In this document: piece after piece, positions 12,149-23,362 of the stretch
Position numbering within the stretch: the first letter of the stretch is position 1
How the letters are laid out: each line of letters starts with the position of its first letter
Assembly (NCBI RefSeq): GCF_964194155.1
Contig: NC_135879.1
Coordinates: forward strand, 228,532,001-228,596,000
Direction: 5' to 3'
Length of the DNA stretch: 64,000 bases
Source of the DNA: Cetorhinus maximus
Lineage: Eukaryota
Translations under genes and position numbers: made by a program
The notes under the pieces: model-generated
The model's input: only the letters and a program-made list of their open reading frames with translations
Database searches by the model: none
Told to the model about the DNA's origin: nothing

Positions 12149-14592
12149 TAGTAAAATGTCCCAAAATGACTGACAGGGTTTTTTTGAGACTAAATTTGAC
12201 ACAAAGTCACATAAAGAGATGTCAGGAGAGGTGACCAACAGCTTGGTCAAAGAGCTAGTTTTTAAGGAAAAACTCAAAGGTGGAGAGGTTTATGGAGGGA
12301 ATTCCAGAGCGTCAAGCCTAGGCAGCTGAAGGCATGGCCACCATTGTTTGAGCAGTGAAAATGAAGCTTGCTCAAGAGTGCTGAATTGGAGGATTGCAGC
12401 TATATCGGAGGGTCATAGGGCTGGAGCAAATTACTAGATATATGGAGAGTGTGAAGACACTAAAGGATTTGAAAATCAGCTGAGTAAATGGTGTCTCAGG
12501 CTTCTTCCAACACCACTCTTGAGCTTTTTTCTACTTCTTTAACCTGCCCTGCCAACTTTGACAATTTGTACACACACATACACTCCCAGTTTGCTCCTGC
12601 ACCCCTCTTTAGAATTGCACCTGCCTGGATGGAGAGAGGTGATGATGTGTCATATTTGCTTAAAACAAAAGAAAGAACAGGAGACACATGTTTGAAGTTG
12701 TATAAGGGAGTGGCAAGATGGCATATCAATATCTACTGCTCCTGAGCAGAAGGTCAATTGTCTCAAGGAGGGGCGTTTGGTTGAAGATTGGTTCATTGTC
12801 TCTATGGGGTGTTTTATTGTGAATTAACTTCTAAGGGGAAAAGCTAACAGAAGGTATATTTACACCCAATTACATATTAAACACAGAATGTTGGATAAAG
12901 AAAGTCATCTAAAAAGAAAAGTGTAAAACATGGAGTGGGGTATTTTCTTAGGGGGTCTCACAATTGCATCCTTTATTTTATAATGCCTCCCTTTGTTCTT
13001 CCTCCAAAGTGTATCACTTCATACTTCTTGGCATTAAATTTTATCTGCCATGTGTCTGCTAATTCTACCAGCCTCTCTATGCCCCCTTGAAACCAATCAC
13101 TGTCCTCCTCACAGTTCACTTGGCGGGGAGAAAGAAGAAAATCTCATGTACCCTTAATTTGCTGCACCTTTGAAAATCTGGATTTGCTTAATTTTTTATA
13201 AAGCAGCAAGCAACATTTGTTTCCAGACACAGTTAACACAAGCGTTTCTTTTTTATGAAGCTGTTGCTAGGAAAGGGGAGGAGATTGAATTAAAATGGCC
13301 GATTAGATTTCAGCTGGACATGTTTTTCATCTGGATCTTTGAAATCTGGTGTGATAAACAATGTGAGTTTTCTAAAAGTCTATATCCAGGACTACCCCTC
13401 TATCCTGCCCTCCCCCCTCACCCATTTTGATATACATTTACTGTGTTTTTAAATTTACTTATTAGATTCTGATTCTACATCACTTCTGATCCTGACCATA
13501 GATCTGTCGTTTACGAGTCTTGCCTTGAGCCATCTTCAAGTATTTTTCCTCCTTGTTCATCCATCAAAAACACTTGTCACAGCATTGGTCATGCCAACCA
13601 TATGGAGTTCCTGGTGATTTCACAGGTTAAAAGTTAATAAGCTGGTCTGAAGCCAGTTAATAGTGAGACCTGAATCCTTGTTCAGCCAATGATATGACAG
13701 TAGATTATTCAGTTGCCAACCAATTAATTCCAAAATTGTGCACTTCAGTTATTGTTAAGTAAATGATATAATAGTAGCTTCATCTTTGAACCTGTTTTGA
13801 ATGTTTGACTGATGACATTACATTGTCTTCAAGTTAAAAATCCATGAAAGTGTGGCAACAAATCTGAAATGTGAACTTGACATTTTATTCCTATTAATTT
13901 AACTCTATACTGAATTGAATTGATGTGCTACAGTTGAGACATTATAGCTGCTATTTGTCACTGTTACAGGCATAGTGATTTAGAAACAGACAGATGGAAG
14001 AAGCACAGCAGTGAACCTTTACTAGGCCTCACTAAAAATACCAAAGCTGTGAAAAATGTTAGTTCAACTCCAAATGAAAAGTATAACAATAGGGTTTAAC
14101 TATTTGGGTAGGAGAGCCCCAAAGGAAATTCCCAGCATTTACCTTTATATGTTAGAGAAGCTGTGGGGGAGGAGGGACATCAGACCCCCTAGCCACTGGA
14201 GCTAGTTACAAATTAAAGTTTATTTCACCAATGGCATGGCTACATTGCAAACAAGTAAGCAGAAAGCTGTATTTATGTTTTTGTTATTCTATCTGTAAGG
14301 CAGCTGCAGGGAACAATTTAAACACTTTTATGAAACATTAATGTCTGACATTATGGTTCTCTAAAGTTGACCTCAATTTTAAGCTATAGAGCGTCCCACT
14401 TGTTTTCTACACTAATTTAGCATGATTCATCTCTATATGAAGATTGATAAAATGCATGAGAATATTATTTACTTAACCCTCTTTGAACATTGTTTAAATT
14501 CCATATAAAGTATTCCTTAACCGTTTTTTTTTGAGTAATCAACCAGAGTAAAGGAAAGTACCAAGGTTGAAAACAGTTGACATGAATCAGGC

Positions 14593-15044
14593 TGTAGTGA
14601 TTGGATGGTCACAATTACTGTATAGAATACTGTACATGGTCACTTAACTGACATGGGGTGGGGAGAACTGAGGCACACCGAGGCATTGCAATAGAGTATA
14701 GGCTGGATAGTACAATGTTTAATTTATGTTGAAAACTGTTAATTAACACATGTTGGAAGTAAGAATTGTAATGTAAGGTTCTGGCACATACAGAGTTAAT
14801 GTGGGACTGAGTACAGTACCGCCCACACAGTGATGTAAGAAGGCACATGACCCAGACCCAAGGTTCAGTGTGGTGTTAAGCAGAGATGGGTAAAGACCTA
14901 ACCATGGAGATAGCTCCTAGCCTGTACCCTTTACTGTACATTTGTAAATTATTCTACTTGTTAATAAAGACTTACAGCTAACCTATTGAAGACAATGAGG
15001 ACTTCTCTAAGACACATCGTTCTGTAACCGACACCCTTCCAACA
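14593..15044 (+). repeat. 5' LTR (start either 14593 TGTAGTG or 14767 TGTAATG; end ...CCAACA 15044)
   Basis: TG...CA termini, AATAAA at ~14963, directly abutting the PBS. Shares TGTAATGTA..AGG and CCGCCCACA...TGATGTA...CACATG motifs with the LTR-like element at 49579-49857. Confidence 0.7.
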
Positions 15045-15062
15045 TGGTGGCAGCTGGGGTTC
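15045..15062 (+). promoter_or_regulatory. Primer binding site, tRNA-Leu-like
   Basis: TGGTGGCAGCTGGGGTTC. The first 10 nt are complementary to the 3' end ...GCTGCCA-CCA of vertebrate tRNA-Leu(AAG/TAG) as recalled, and it sits immediately after the LTR-terminal CA. Confidence 0.7.
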
Positions 15063-16007
15063 AAGAACTCTCAATCTTGCTAAAATAATGAAACAAGCCA
15101 AGATGCTGGAAGACTAAGAAAAAGCTTCAACAAAATTTCTGACCTGAGAAAAGTTCCCAACAGAAGCTGAAGAGATAGAGAAAGTTCACCACAAAACCAC
15201 TCCAGAGAAAAGACCCGGAAGCTGAAGGAAGAGATTTTTACTAAAGCAGAAAATTCCGTTGACTTTCCCTTGGATGTCTAGCTTCACAATGTAGAGTCCA
15301 TAGAGACTGCAAGGGTGAGCCAAATCTTATAAAGTTCTAGGCTGCAGCTGGTCCTGAGAACCCTTTCCCTAATTCAGTGTCAGAGGTGTCGTTGAAGGAA
15401 AGACCATTGCCAAAACCTGGTTCCCCAGCCCAAACCTCGACATGTGGCTTGCAAATTTAAAAAAATAATTATTCAAATCCCTCAGGAATGTTGCAAGTGT
15501 CCAGCTTGGAAAATGGCAAGCGTAACTTTAAATTCAAACATCTTTACTCGTCATAGCAAACCGCAGGACAAAAGAACTCAGCACACAGCCAATCCAGGCA
15601 GCCAGTGCTAAATTCTTTTCTTCAAGAAGCAGGCCATCACCACTTTGCAGAGCCCGCCAAAACCGGTAAGCGCGGGAAATCCCTTTGCCTCGGAATCAAC
15701 GGCCACAATACCTTGAAACCCAGGAAAATTCTAGAGAAACTTTTAAAAAGTACTGAAGGCAGGGCAAGAAATTGCCTTCCAGCACAATTCTCTGATTTCA
15801 AAAAGCTCTTTGATGGCTCAAACTTCTTGTTTTGAAGCATTTCTATAGAGTTAAAAGTTTGAAAGAGGGTTACTGTATAGCCATTCTTAAAAGGACAATG
15901 ACATTTAAAGGCTGCAACTGAAAAAAAGCAGAGAGAAAAGCAGTTAGTCCGCAGCCATTCTTAAAAAAGCAATGACATTTAAAACTGTAATTACATCAAA
16001 ATATTAA

Positions 16008-16270
16008 ATGACTATGGATCAAAAATCCAAATTACTAGATCAGTTTGGACTTATCCAAGGGCTAAACCCAATGGGAAATGGGGCATCCTTGAGAAGCAAA
16101 TTTTTGTATTACTGGAGTACATCAGGTCTCAGTAAAAATCAGATTACTGCATTTTTATATTGGTTTGGTAATCTTGCAAATCGCACTATCCTAATGCAAG
16201 GCATTAATTAATCTGCAACCAGCCTGGGGAACTATTAACAGCCTTTGATGAATATTTTAATCTTCAAGCT
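16008..16270 (+). pseudogene. Ty3/Gypsy Gag N-terminal domain remnant
   Basis: GNGASLRSKFLYYWSTSGLSKNQITAFLYWFGNLANRTI...(frameshift ~16228)ELLTAFDEYF fits the fish Gypsy Gag N-terminal pattern W..W...F..YR..SGL....Q...LLY..G..A..I....L.AFD.YF. Confidence 0.65.
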
Positions 16271-16449
16271 GAGGAGAGTGCAGAGCTTAAAAAGAGGCCC
16301 AGAAAACCCCCAGCAAAGCAACAAAAGGGTAATAAGGCAGTAACCGAACAAACTACAATCGGGCACCAGAGAGGCAGGGAGCTTCCCAGAAGTCCCAAAG
16401 GAATACCATTTTGAATACCCCGACATGTTTCCAGAACTAAGAAAACAGC

Positions 16450-17391
16450 GCTATGGCAGGCGGAACAAGAAAAAGCAGAAATAAAATCAGAAGATGTTCG
16501 TGTCAAAGCTGAACTGGAAGATTTGAAGTGCATGTTTCAAGCTGAGTATATACCTTTGAAAACACACAACAAACTAAAGTCTTCAATGAACCAAACTTTT
16601 CAAATCCTGAACAAGCAAATATCAGAGAAGCCACAAAGGCACCAGGAGGAAATAGCGTCCCTCAATTCTGTGGCTGGAAAATCAAAGTGGGAGTTAGGAA
16701 AACTTGACCAGCTGTACAGCCAGGTGCAACAGCAGGCAGAAAAGATATTCAAAGAAGTTGCGGCCTTAAAAGACTATTTGAGGAACCAGTATATACCCCT
16801 GGAAAAACATAGGAGTTAAAAAAGACTACTTCAGGAAAAGCTTTATTGAAGCTATCAGTAGTGACAAAGCAATACACTGAAATGCAGAGAGAGAAGACAA
16901 GAGCTGAACAAGAAAGTAAACAGTTGAAAGAACAGTTAATTGTCTTTCAGGATCAAATTCAAAAACATTGCATTACCCTTCAGCAACATGACGGAATAAA
17001 GAGTACCGTGAGCAGCAGAATGGCAGAACAGCGGAACAAACTCAATGAGGCTCTGGTAAATTACAGGAAAACTCAAGACGAAGTAATTGAGTTTCGCAAC
17101 AGAAAGGAAAACCCTTTGAAAAACCTTCACACACTATAAGGATCCTTCCGGTCAGTGTTTATCCCTCTGCAACATTATGAAGTGAAACAAAATGAATTTA
17201 ATGCCACTCTGAAAGGACTGAAGAACCAGTTGGCAGAGAAGACTCAGGAATGTCCTATATTCCAGGAGGAAGCCGAGAGGTACAAGAAAGAGACTGCAGC
17301 GCTGAAGAAAACAGTTTCACATTTGGAAGAAACTTTGGAAAAACATTACATTTTCAAAGAGATTACAAGGAGACAAAAATCAAGGGCGTAA
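16450..17391 (+). pseudogene. UACA: Captured UACA-like coiled-coil segment (stops/frameshift)
   Basis: Repeated YIPL..H motifs. The segment QDQIQKHCITLQQH...EALVNYRKTQDEV...EFNATLKGLKNQLAEKTQ...EEAERYKKETAALKK aligns without gaps to recalled human UACA QNQIKAEYISLAEH...EILANYRKGQEEI...KFKATEKELKDQLSEQTQ...EEVKKNKQENDKLKK. Confidence 0.75.
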
Positions 17392-17418
17392 AATGGCAAG
17401 CAAAGATAGAAGTTCTCA

Positions 17419-18045
17419 CAAGAGTGTAAGGTGTCTCAAAAACAGTTGGCAGGAGTGCATTTACAGAATGTGAGCCGGAAGGATAGCACAAAGGAATTAT
17501 ACTCTGCCAAGGAAAACTGATCACTGTCAAGAATCAACTTTCAGGTACAAAAGATGAGTTTGTTAAGGAAAAAACAAAAACTGCTGAGAACATTGGGGTG
17601 TCACTCACAGGAAGTAAGCCAGTTGAAAGAGGACTTAAAACACACAACTTGTACACACAAATTCAACAAAGATAGACCTTCAATTAAAACTTGATGAACT
17701 TCAAGCATCAAATGTCCCAACATTGTGAGAATACCTGAATGCAGAATTAATAACCAAACTGATTAAATAGTTGAACTCCGATCCAACCTGAACAACATGA
17801 TGGACAAAATACATAGCGTGGAAGAGGAAATCCAGACTTTGAAAATGGTGAAGAAGAAGTCTAAGAAACACATGGAGGATCTAATGAATGAACTGAAAGA
17901 GTCTAAACAGCAGTCAGTGACCAGGCAAGAAACATTCTGAGCAGAACTGAATGCCCAGGTGAAGTTTTTAAACCTATATAAGAGTTCCGCAGATAATTCT
18001 GAGATGAAGACAACTCAACTTACCAGAGTAGTTGCTGAGCCAAGT
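17419..18045 (+). pseudogene. TPR: Captured, intron-less N-terminal coiled-coil segment of nucleoprotein TPR (stops/frameshifts)
   Basis: Here: [13 protein letters not shown]...[81 protein letters not shown]. Recalled human TPR, in the same order: TKEELEAEK/LIRT...[81 protein letters not shown]. Confidence 0.85.
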
Positions 18046-18072
18046 GAAAACAGTGCAAGAGGAGAGGCAGGT

Positions 18073-20475
18073 ACATATGAACATACGAATATTCAAAATA
18101 GGAGCAGATGTAGGCCATTGGCCCCTAGAGCTCCGCTATTCAATAAAATAATGGCTGATATGTTTGTGATTTGAATTCCACATACCCATCTACCCCCGAT
18201 AACTTTTGATTCCCTTGCCTAACAAGAATCTATCTACCTTTGTCTTAAAAATATTCAATGACCCCACTTCCACCACCGTCAGAGGCAGAGAGTTGCAAAG
18301 TCGAACAACCCTCTGAGAGAAAGAATTTCTTCATATCCCTGTCCTAAAAGGGCAACCCCTAATTTTAAAACAGGGTCCCTAGTTCTGGACTAACTCACCA
18401 GAGGAAACATTCTAAACACGTCTACATTGTTAAGATCATTCAGGATCTTACATACTTCAATCGAGTCATCCCTCACTCTTCTAAACTCCAAGCCCAGTCT
18501 GTCTAACCTTTCCTCATAAGATAACCCACTCATTCCATCAATCTCGTAAACCTCCTCTGAACTGCCTCCAATGCATTTACATGCTTCCTTAAATAAGGAG
18601 ACCAAAACTGCACACAATATTCGAGATGTGGTCTTACCAATGCCCTGTATAACTGAAGCATAACATTCTTACTTTTATGTTCAATTTCTCTCATAATAAC
18701 AGATCGCATTCCATTAGCCTTCTTAATTACTTGCTGTACCTGCATACTAACATTTTGTGACTCATACACTAGAACACCTAGATCCCCCTGCACCTCGGAG
18801 TATTGAGCTGTGTGGTCTGGAATAAATCTTTCCCAACAACTATGTAACTCTGAGTACATTCACAGTTCTTGACTTTTTTTTTCCAGGAGTGGGACATGAA
18901 CCCACTACCTTCTGACTCAAAGGCGAGGGTGCTATGAACTGAGCCACAGCTGACACCTCCCAAAACTCTTTCGAGTTACCAACAGTCACAGATTGCAACT
19001 TCTTTCCAGTACAATCACTGTTCTTGGTTTTCCAGGAGTGGGACATGAACCCACAACCCTCTGATTCAAAGGCGAGGGTGCTATGAACTGAGCCACAGCT
19101 GACACCTCAAATGAAACTCTTTCGAGTTATCAACAGTCACAGATTGCAACTCGTTCGAGTACAATCACAGTTACTTGGTTTCCGGGAGTGGGACATGAAC
19201 CCACAACCCTCTGATTCAAAGGCGAGGGTGCTATGAACTGAGCCACAGCTGGAATTCTGCAGCCGATTTCCATTTAAGGAATACTCTGTTTTTTTGTTTC
19301 TCCTGCCGAAGTGAACAACTTTACAATTTTCCCACATTAAACTCCATCTGCCAGACTTTTGCTCACTCACACAACCTATCTATATCTATCTGCAACAAGC
19401 TTGTGTCCTCTTCACAACATACTTTCCTACCTATCTCTCTGTCATCTGCAAATTTAGCTACCATACCTTCACTCCCCTCATCTAAGTCATTAATGTAAAT
19501 TGCAAAAAGTTGAGGCCCCAGCACAGACCCCTGCGGGATTCCACGTGTCACATCCTGCCAATCAGGAAAAGACACATTTATGTATACTCTCTGTTTTCTA
19601 CCAGCCAGCCAATCTTCTATCCATGCTAATATGATACCCCCTCATCATGAGCTTTTATTTTGCACAATAACCTTTTATGTGATACCTTATCAAATGCCTT
19701 TTGGAAATCTAAGTACAGCATGTCTACAGGCTCCCCTTCATGCACAGTGCATGCTACTCTTTCAAAGAACTCCAATAAATTGGTTAAACATGACTTCTCT
19801 TTCACAAAACCATGCTGACTCTCGCCAACTACCTTGAGCTTCTCTAAGTGCCCAGCCGTAATCTCCTTAATGATTGATTCTAACAACTTCCCCACAACAG
19901 ACGTCAAGCTAACTGGCCTACAGTTTTCTGTTTTCTGCCACCCTTCCTTCTTGAATGGAGGGGTTATATTTACTACTTTCCAGTCTGATGGAACCTTTCC
20001 AGAAGCTAGAGAATTTTGGAAAATTAACACCAATGCATCTACTACCTCATTTCCCACCTCTTTTTAGACCCTAGGATGAAGTCCATCAGAACCTGGAGAC
20101 TTGTCAGCCCATAGCTCCATCCGTTTGTTCAGTATTGCTTCCCTAGTGATTGTAATTTCACCAAGTTTCCCCCCTCCCTTCTACCTCCTGATTTATAGCT
20201 ATTACTGGAATGTTTTTTTTGTATCCTCTATAGTGAAGACAGAAGCAAAATATTTGTTCATTTCATCTGCCATTTCTTTATTATCTACTATTAACTCTCC
20301 ACTGTCACTCTCAAGAGGACCAACTATCACTTTACTTACTCTTTTCCTTTATAAATACCTGTAGAAACTCTTACTATCTGTTTTTACATTTCTAGCTAGC
20401 TTTCTCTCATACTGTAATTTCTTTCTCCTGATTAACCTTCTAGTCATTCTCTGCCATTTTTTATATTCTGACCAA
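18073..20475 (-). mobile_element. CR1 LINE, 5'-truncated, ORF2 RT region to 3' tail
   Basis: CRPVSLTSVVGKLLESII, YLDFQKAFDKV, PQGSVLGPQLFAIYINDL, KFADD and LVRPHLEYCVQFWSP. The CR1 3' tail lies at ~18073-18130. Confidence 0.95.
18812..19250 (-). repeat. Tandem array (3 x ~150 bp) of tRNA-derived SINE head, inserted in CR1
   Basis: Units at 18883, 19032 and 19182. The minus strand reads GTGTCAGCTGTGGCTCAGTTCATAGCACCCTCGCCTTTGA.TCAGA.GGT.GTGGGTTCATGTCCCACTCC (A-box and B-box-like). Confidence 0.85.
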
Positions 20476-23362
20476 AGGGACTGAGCAGACAGGAGTGGAG
20501 AAGCCTCAGACTTTGCAATTATCAGACAGGTTTGAAGTGCTCATAAGCTGTGTGGATGAAAGCAAGGAGCAGACTGGCCATGGACCATGGTACAGGAAGC
20601 CGTGCAAGTAGGGGAAGGGAGAAGCAAACAGGAATGTAGTGATTAAGAGGATAATATAGTGAGGGCAATTGACACTGTTCTTTGTGGTAAAGAGCAAGAG
20701 CCAAGATGACTGTGTTACCTGCCTGGTTCCAGGTTCAGGACATCTGTTCAGGGCTGGAAAAACAATCAGTCTTTGGCTTGTCCGTAAGGAGTAGATGGTG
20801 AAATGTTGTGGCCGTTAAGTTGGGTGATTCCGGTAGAACTGATTTTGGCAGTTTAGCAGTTGGTTTGGAGATGCTTGGTTCTGCAGGTTGGCTGAAGAAG
20901 CTATCCTATTTCCTTTCTTTATTGTGGCTTTGCTGACTTGTCTCCAGAATCAGAGATTGATAGATAGCCTTTTGCCTGCAAGCTGCAAGGGTGCCTAGCT
21001 GATCTTATTTTGCTGTCACAGCACACCAGCATACACAGCACTAGCACAGTAGAACACTAACACACACACATCAGGTCTGCAGCTAGTTTTTTAACCCACT
21101 TCCTTGTGTATTCCTGGAAGGGAAAACACAAATATGCAAATATTTTCTTTCAACTCAGACTATTTCCACATTCTGAGATATAACTCAACAGGAGATGGTT
21201 TTGGATGTCTGCTGAGATGTGGCAATCATTCTCCATTGTCTATGCAACCACAGGAGATTGAAGTTCAGTCTTCTGAATTTCATCTCTTCCTTTAAAGTGT
21301 CTCTGTCTGAAGTAGGCCTTGACACCTTTTTGGGTGCGTCATTCCATGTTCTCTCAGGACTAGTTGGTCAAGTACAATTCACAAAGGAATTTTCCAGAAA
21401 GTGGTTACTTTACATTCTCAGCCATCTTTTGCTCAGTGTCTTTGCCTGTATGTTTTTTTGAAAAACACTGCCAATATGCCCATTAATAATTCAGGACTGT
21501 TATAGTATGGGGAACTAGGTACTAAATTAAGAAGCAGAACCTCAAAGGTAATAATCTCCGGATTATAACCTGAGCCATGTGCAAATTGGCCTAGGACACA
21601 TAAACTTAGAGAGATGAATGCGTGGCTCGAAGACTGGTGTGGGAGAAGTGGGTTCCGGTTCGTGGGGCACTGGCACGGCTACTGGGAAATGTGAGGGCTG
21701 GAACGTTGGGACCATCTACACCTGAACAATGTTGGGACGAGTGTTCTTGCAAATTGCATGACGTGGGAAGAAGAAAGGGTTTTAAATTAAATCATGGGGG
21801 CAAAGGAACAAATGTGGGAAGATTTAGTTAATTAAAGAGTAGAAGCATGGTAAGAGAGGAATATATTAATTTGGGAAATGATAAAAAGCCATGACAGGAA
21901 GGAACAGAGAGTACAAGTCGAAGAATAAACCAACAGATTAGGCTAGAGGTTACAAAAATAAGAGAAGGACAACACTTAAGGCTCTGTATCTGAATGCAGA
22001 TAGCATTCAAAACTAAACAGGTGAACTAATAGTGCAAATAGAGATAAATAAATATGATTTAATAGCCATTACAGAGACATGGCTGCAAGATCAGATAGAT
22101 TGGGACCTTCTAGGAAGGATAGGAAGTGTGACTTTAAGGAAGGATAGGAAGTTAGGGAAATATTGGGGCGGGTCTGTTAATTAACGATGACATTAACACT
22201 ATAGAGAGGAATGGCCTAAGTACAGGAAACCAGGATATTGAAGCGGTTTGGGTAGAGATGAGGAATGATAATGGCAAGATGTCTCTTGTGGGACTGGTGT
22301 ACAGACCCCCTATCAGTAATCACACGGTAGGAGGGGGTATCAAAGAAGAAATAGTGGGAGCTTGTCAGAATGGTATGGTAATTATCATGGGGGATTTTAA
22401 TCTACAAATAGACTGGAACAACCAGGTGGGCAAAGGTAGCATAGATGACGAATTCAGAAAATATTTTAGGGATAATTTCTTAGATCAGCACATTCTGGAG
22501 CCAACCAGGGTGCAGGTTTAGGACTAATTAATGACCTCATAATGAAGGCACCTCGAGGTAGCAGCGATCATAATATGATTGAATTTTACATTCAGTTTGA
22601 GGGAAAGAAAGCTGGGTCTATCATTAGTATTTTAAACTTAAGTAAGGGCTATTGCGAGGGCATGAAAGCAGAGCTAGCGAAAGTGAACTGGCAATTTAAG
22701 TTAAGGTATAGGTCAATAGAGATTCAGTGGCAGATATTTAAGGATATATTTCAGAATACACAGAATAGATACATTCCAACATGAAAGAAACATTCCTAGG
22801 GGAGGATTTACCACCTGCGGTTAACTAAATAAGTTATAGATAGTACTAAACTTAAAGATAAAGCATATATTTGTGCAAAGATGGGTGGCAAGTCAGAAAA
22901 TTGGACAGAATATAAAAAATGCTAAGAATGACTAAAAGATTAATAAGGAGGGAAAAAATAGAGTATGAGAGAAAACTAGCTGGAAATATAAAGACCGACA
23001 GTAAGAGTTTCTGTAGATATTTTAAACAGAAAAGAGTATACAAAGTGAGCGTTGGTCCTATAGAAAACAAGTCTGGGGAATTAATAATGGAAAATAAGCA
23101 GATGGGAGATTAATTGAATGGGTATTTTGCATCAGTCTTCACTATAGAGATACAAGTAACTTTGCAGCAATAGCTGTAAATCAGGAATTAAAGGGAGGGA
23201 ACAACTCAAGAAAATTGCAATCACCAGGGAAGTGGTACTCAGCAAATTGCTGGTACTGTGGGTTGCCAAGACCCCGGGTCCTGACGGATTTCATCCGAGG
23301 GTTTTAAAAGAAGTGACCAGTGAGATAGTTGATGCATTAGTTTTAATTTTCCAAAATTCACT
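20476..23362 (+). mobile_element. CR1 LINE: ORF1 (esterase-like) remnant plus ORF2 endonuclease/linker, interrupted at ~20770-21490
   Basis: LQLSDRFEVL and ELGTKLRSRTSKVIISGL (ORF1). LVGLVYRPP, IIMGDFN, SSDHNMIEF, YERKLAGNIKTDSKSF and PGPDGFHPRVLKEV (ORF2). Confidence 0.9.

Larger units (their letters stand above)
14593..18072 (+). mobile_element. Decayed Gypsy-like LTR retroelement (5' LTR, PBS, chimeric gag ORF), 3' part lost or interrupted by CR1
   Basis: TG...CA-bounded LTR-like block with AATAAA, immediately followed by the PBS TGGTGGCAGC, then a ~1-kb leader and a Gag N-terminal-like ORF continuing into coiled-coil sequence. Confidence 0.75.

Noticed and set aside
16450-18045. Genuine exons of host UACA or TPR genes
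   Set aside because: Multiple stops and frameshifts, no splice structure, the two proteins are directly juxtaposed, and both sit behind an LTR/PBS/gag.
5071-19250. CRISPR-like arrays at 5071-5381 and 18812-19250
   Set aside because: Whole units repeat with no unique spacers, there are no cas genes, and the DNA is vertebrate.
18883-19250. Functional tRNA genes
   Set aside because: Only SINE-type heads with degenerate A/B boxes; I could not build a convincing cloverleaf.
18073-23362. One CR1 with a twin-priming 5' inversion
   Set aside because: The - and + pieces both contain the YERKLA...DALVLIFQNSL region, so they are two separate copies.
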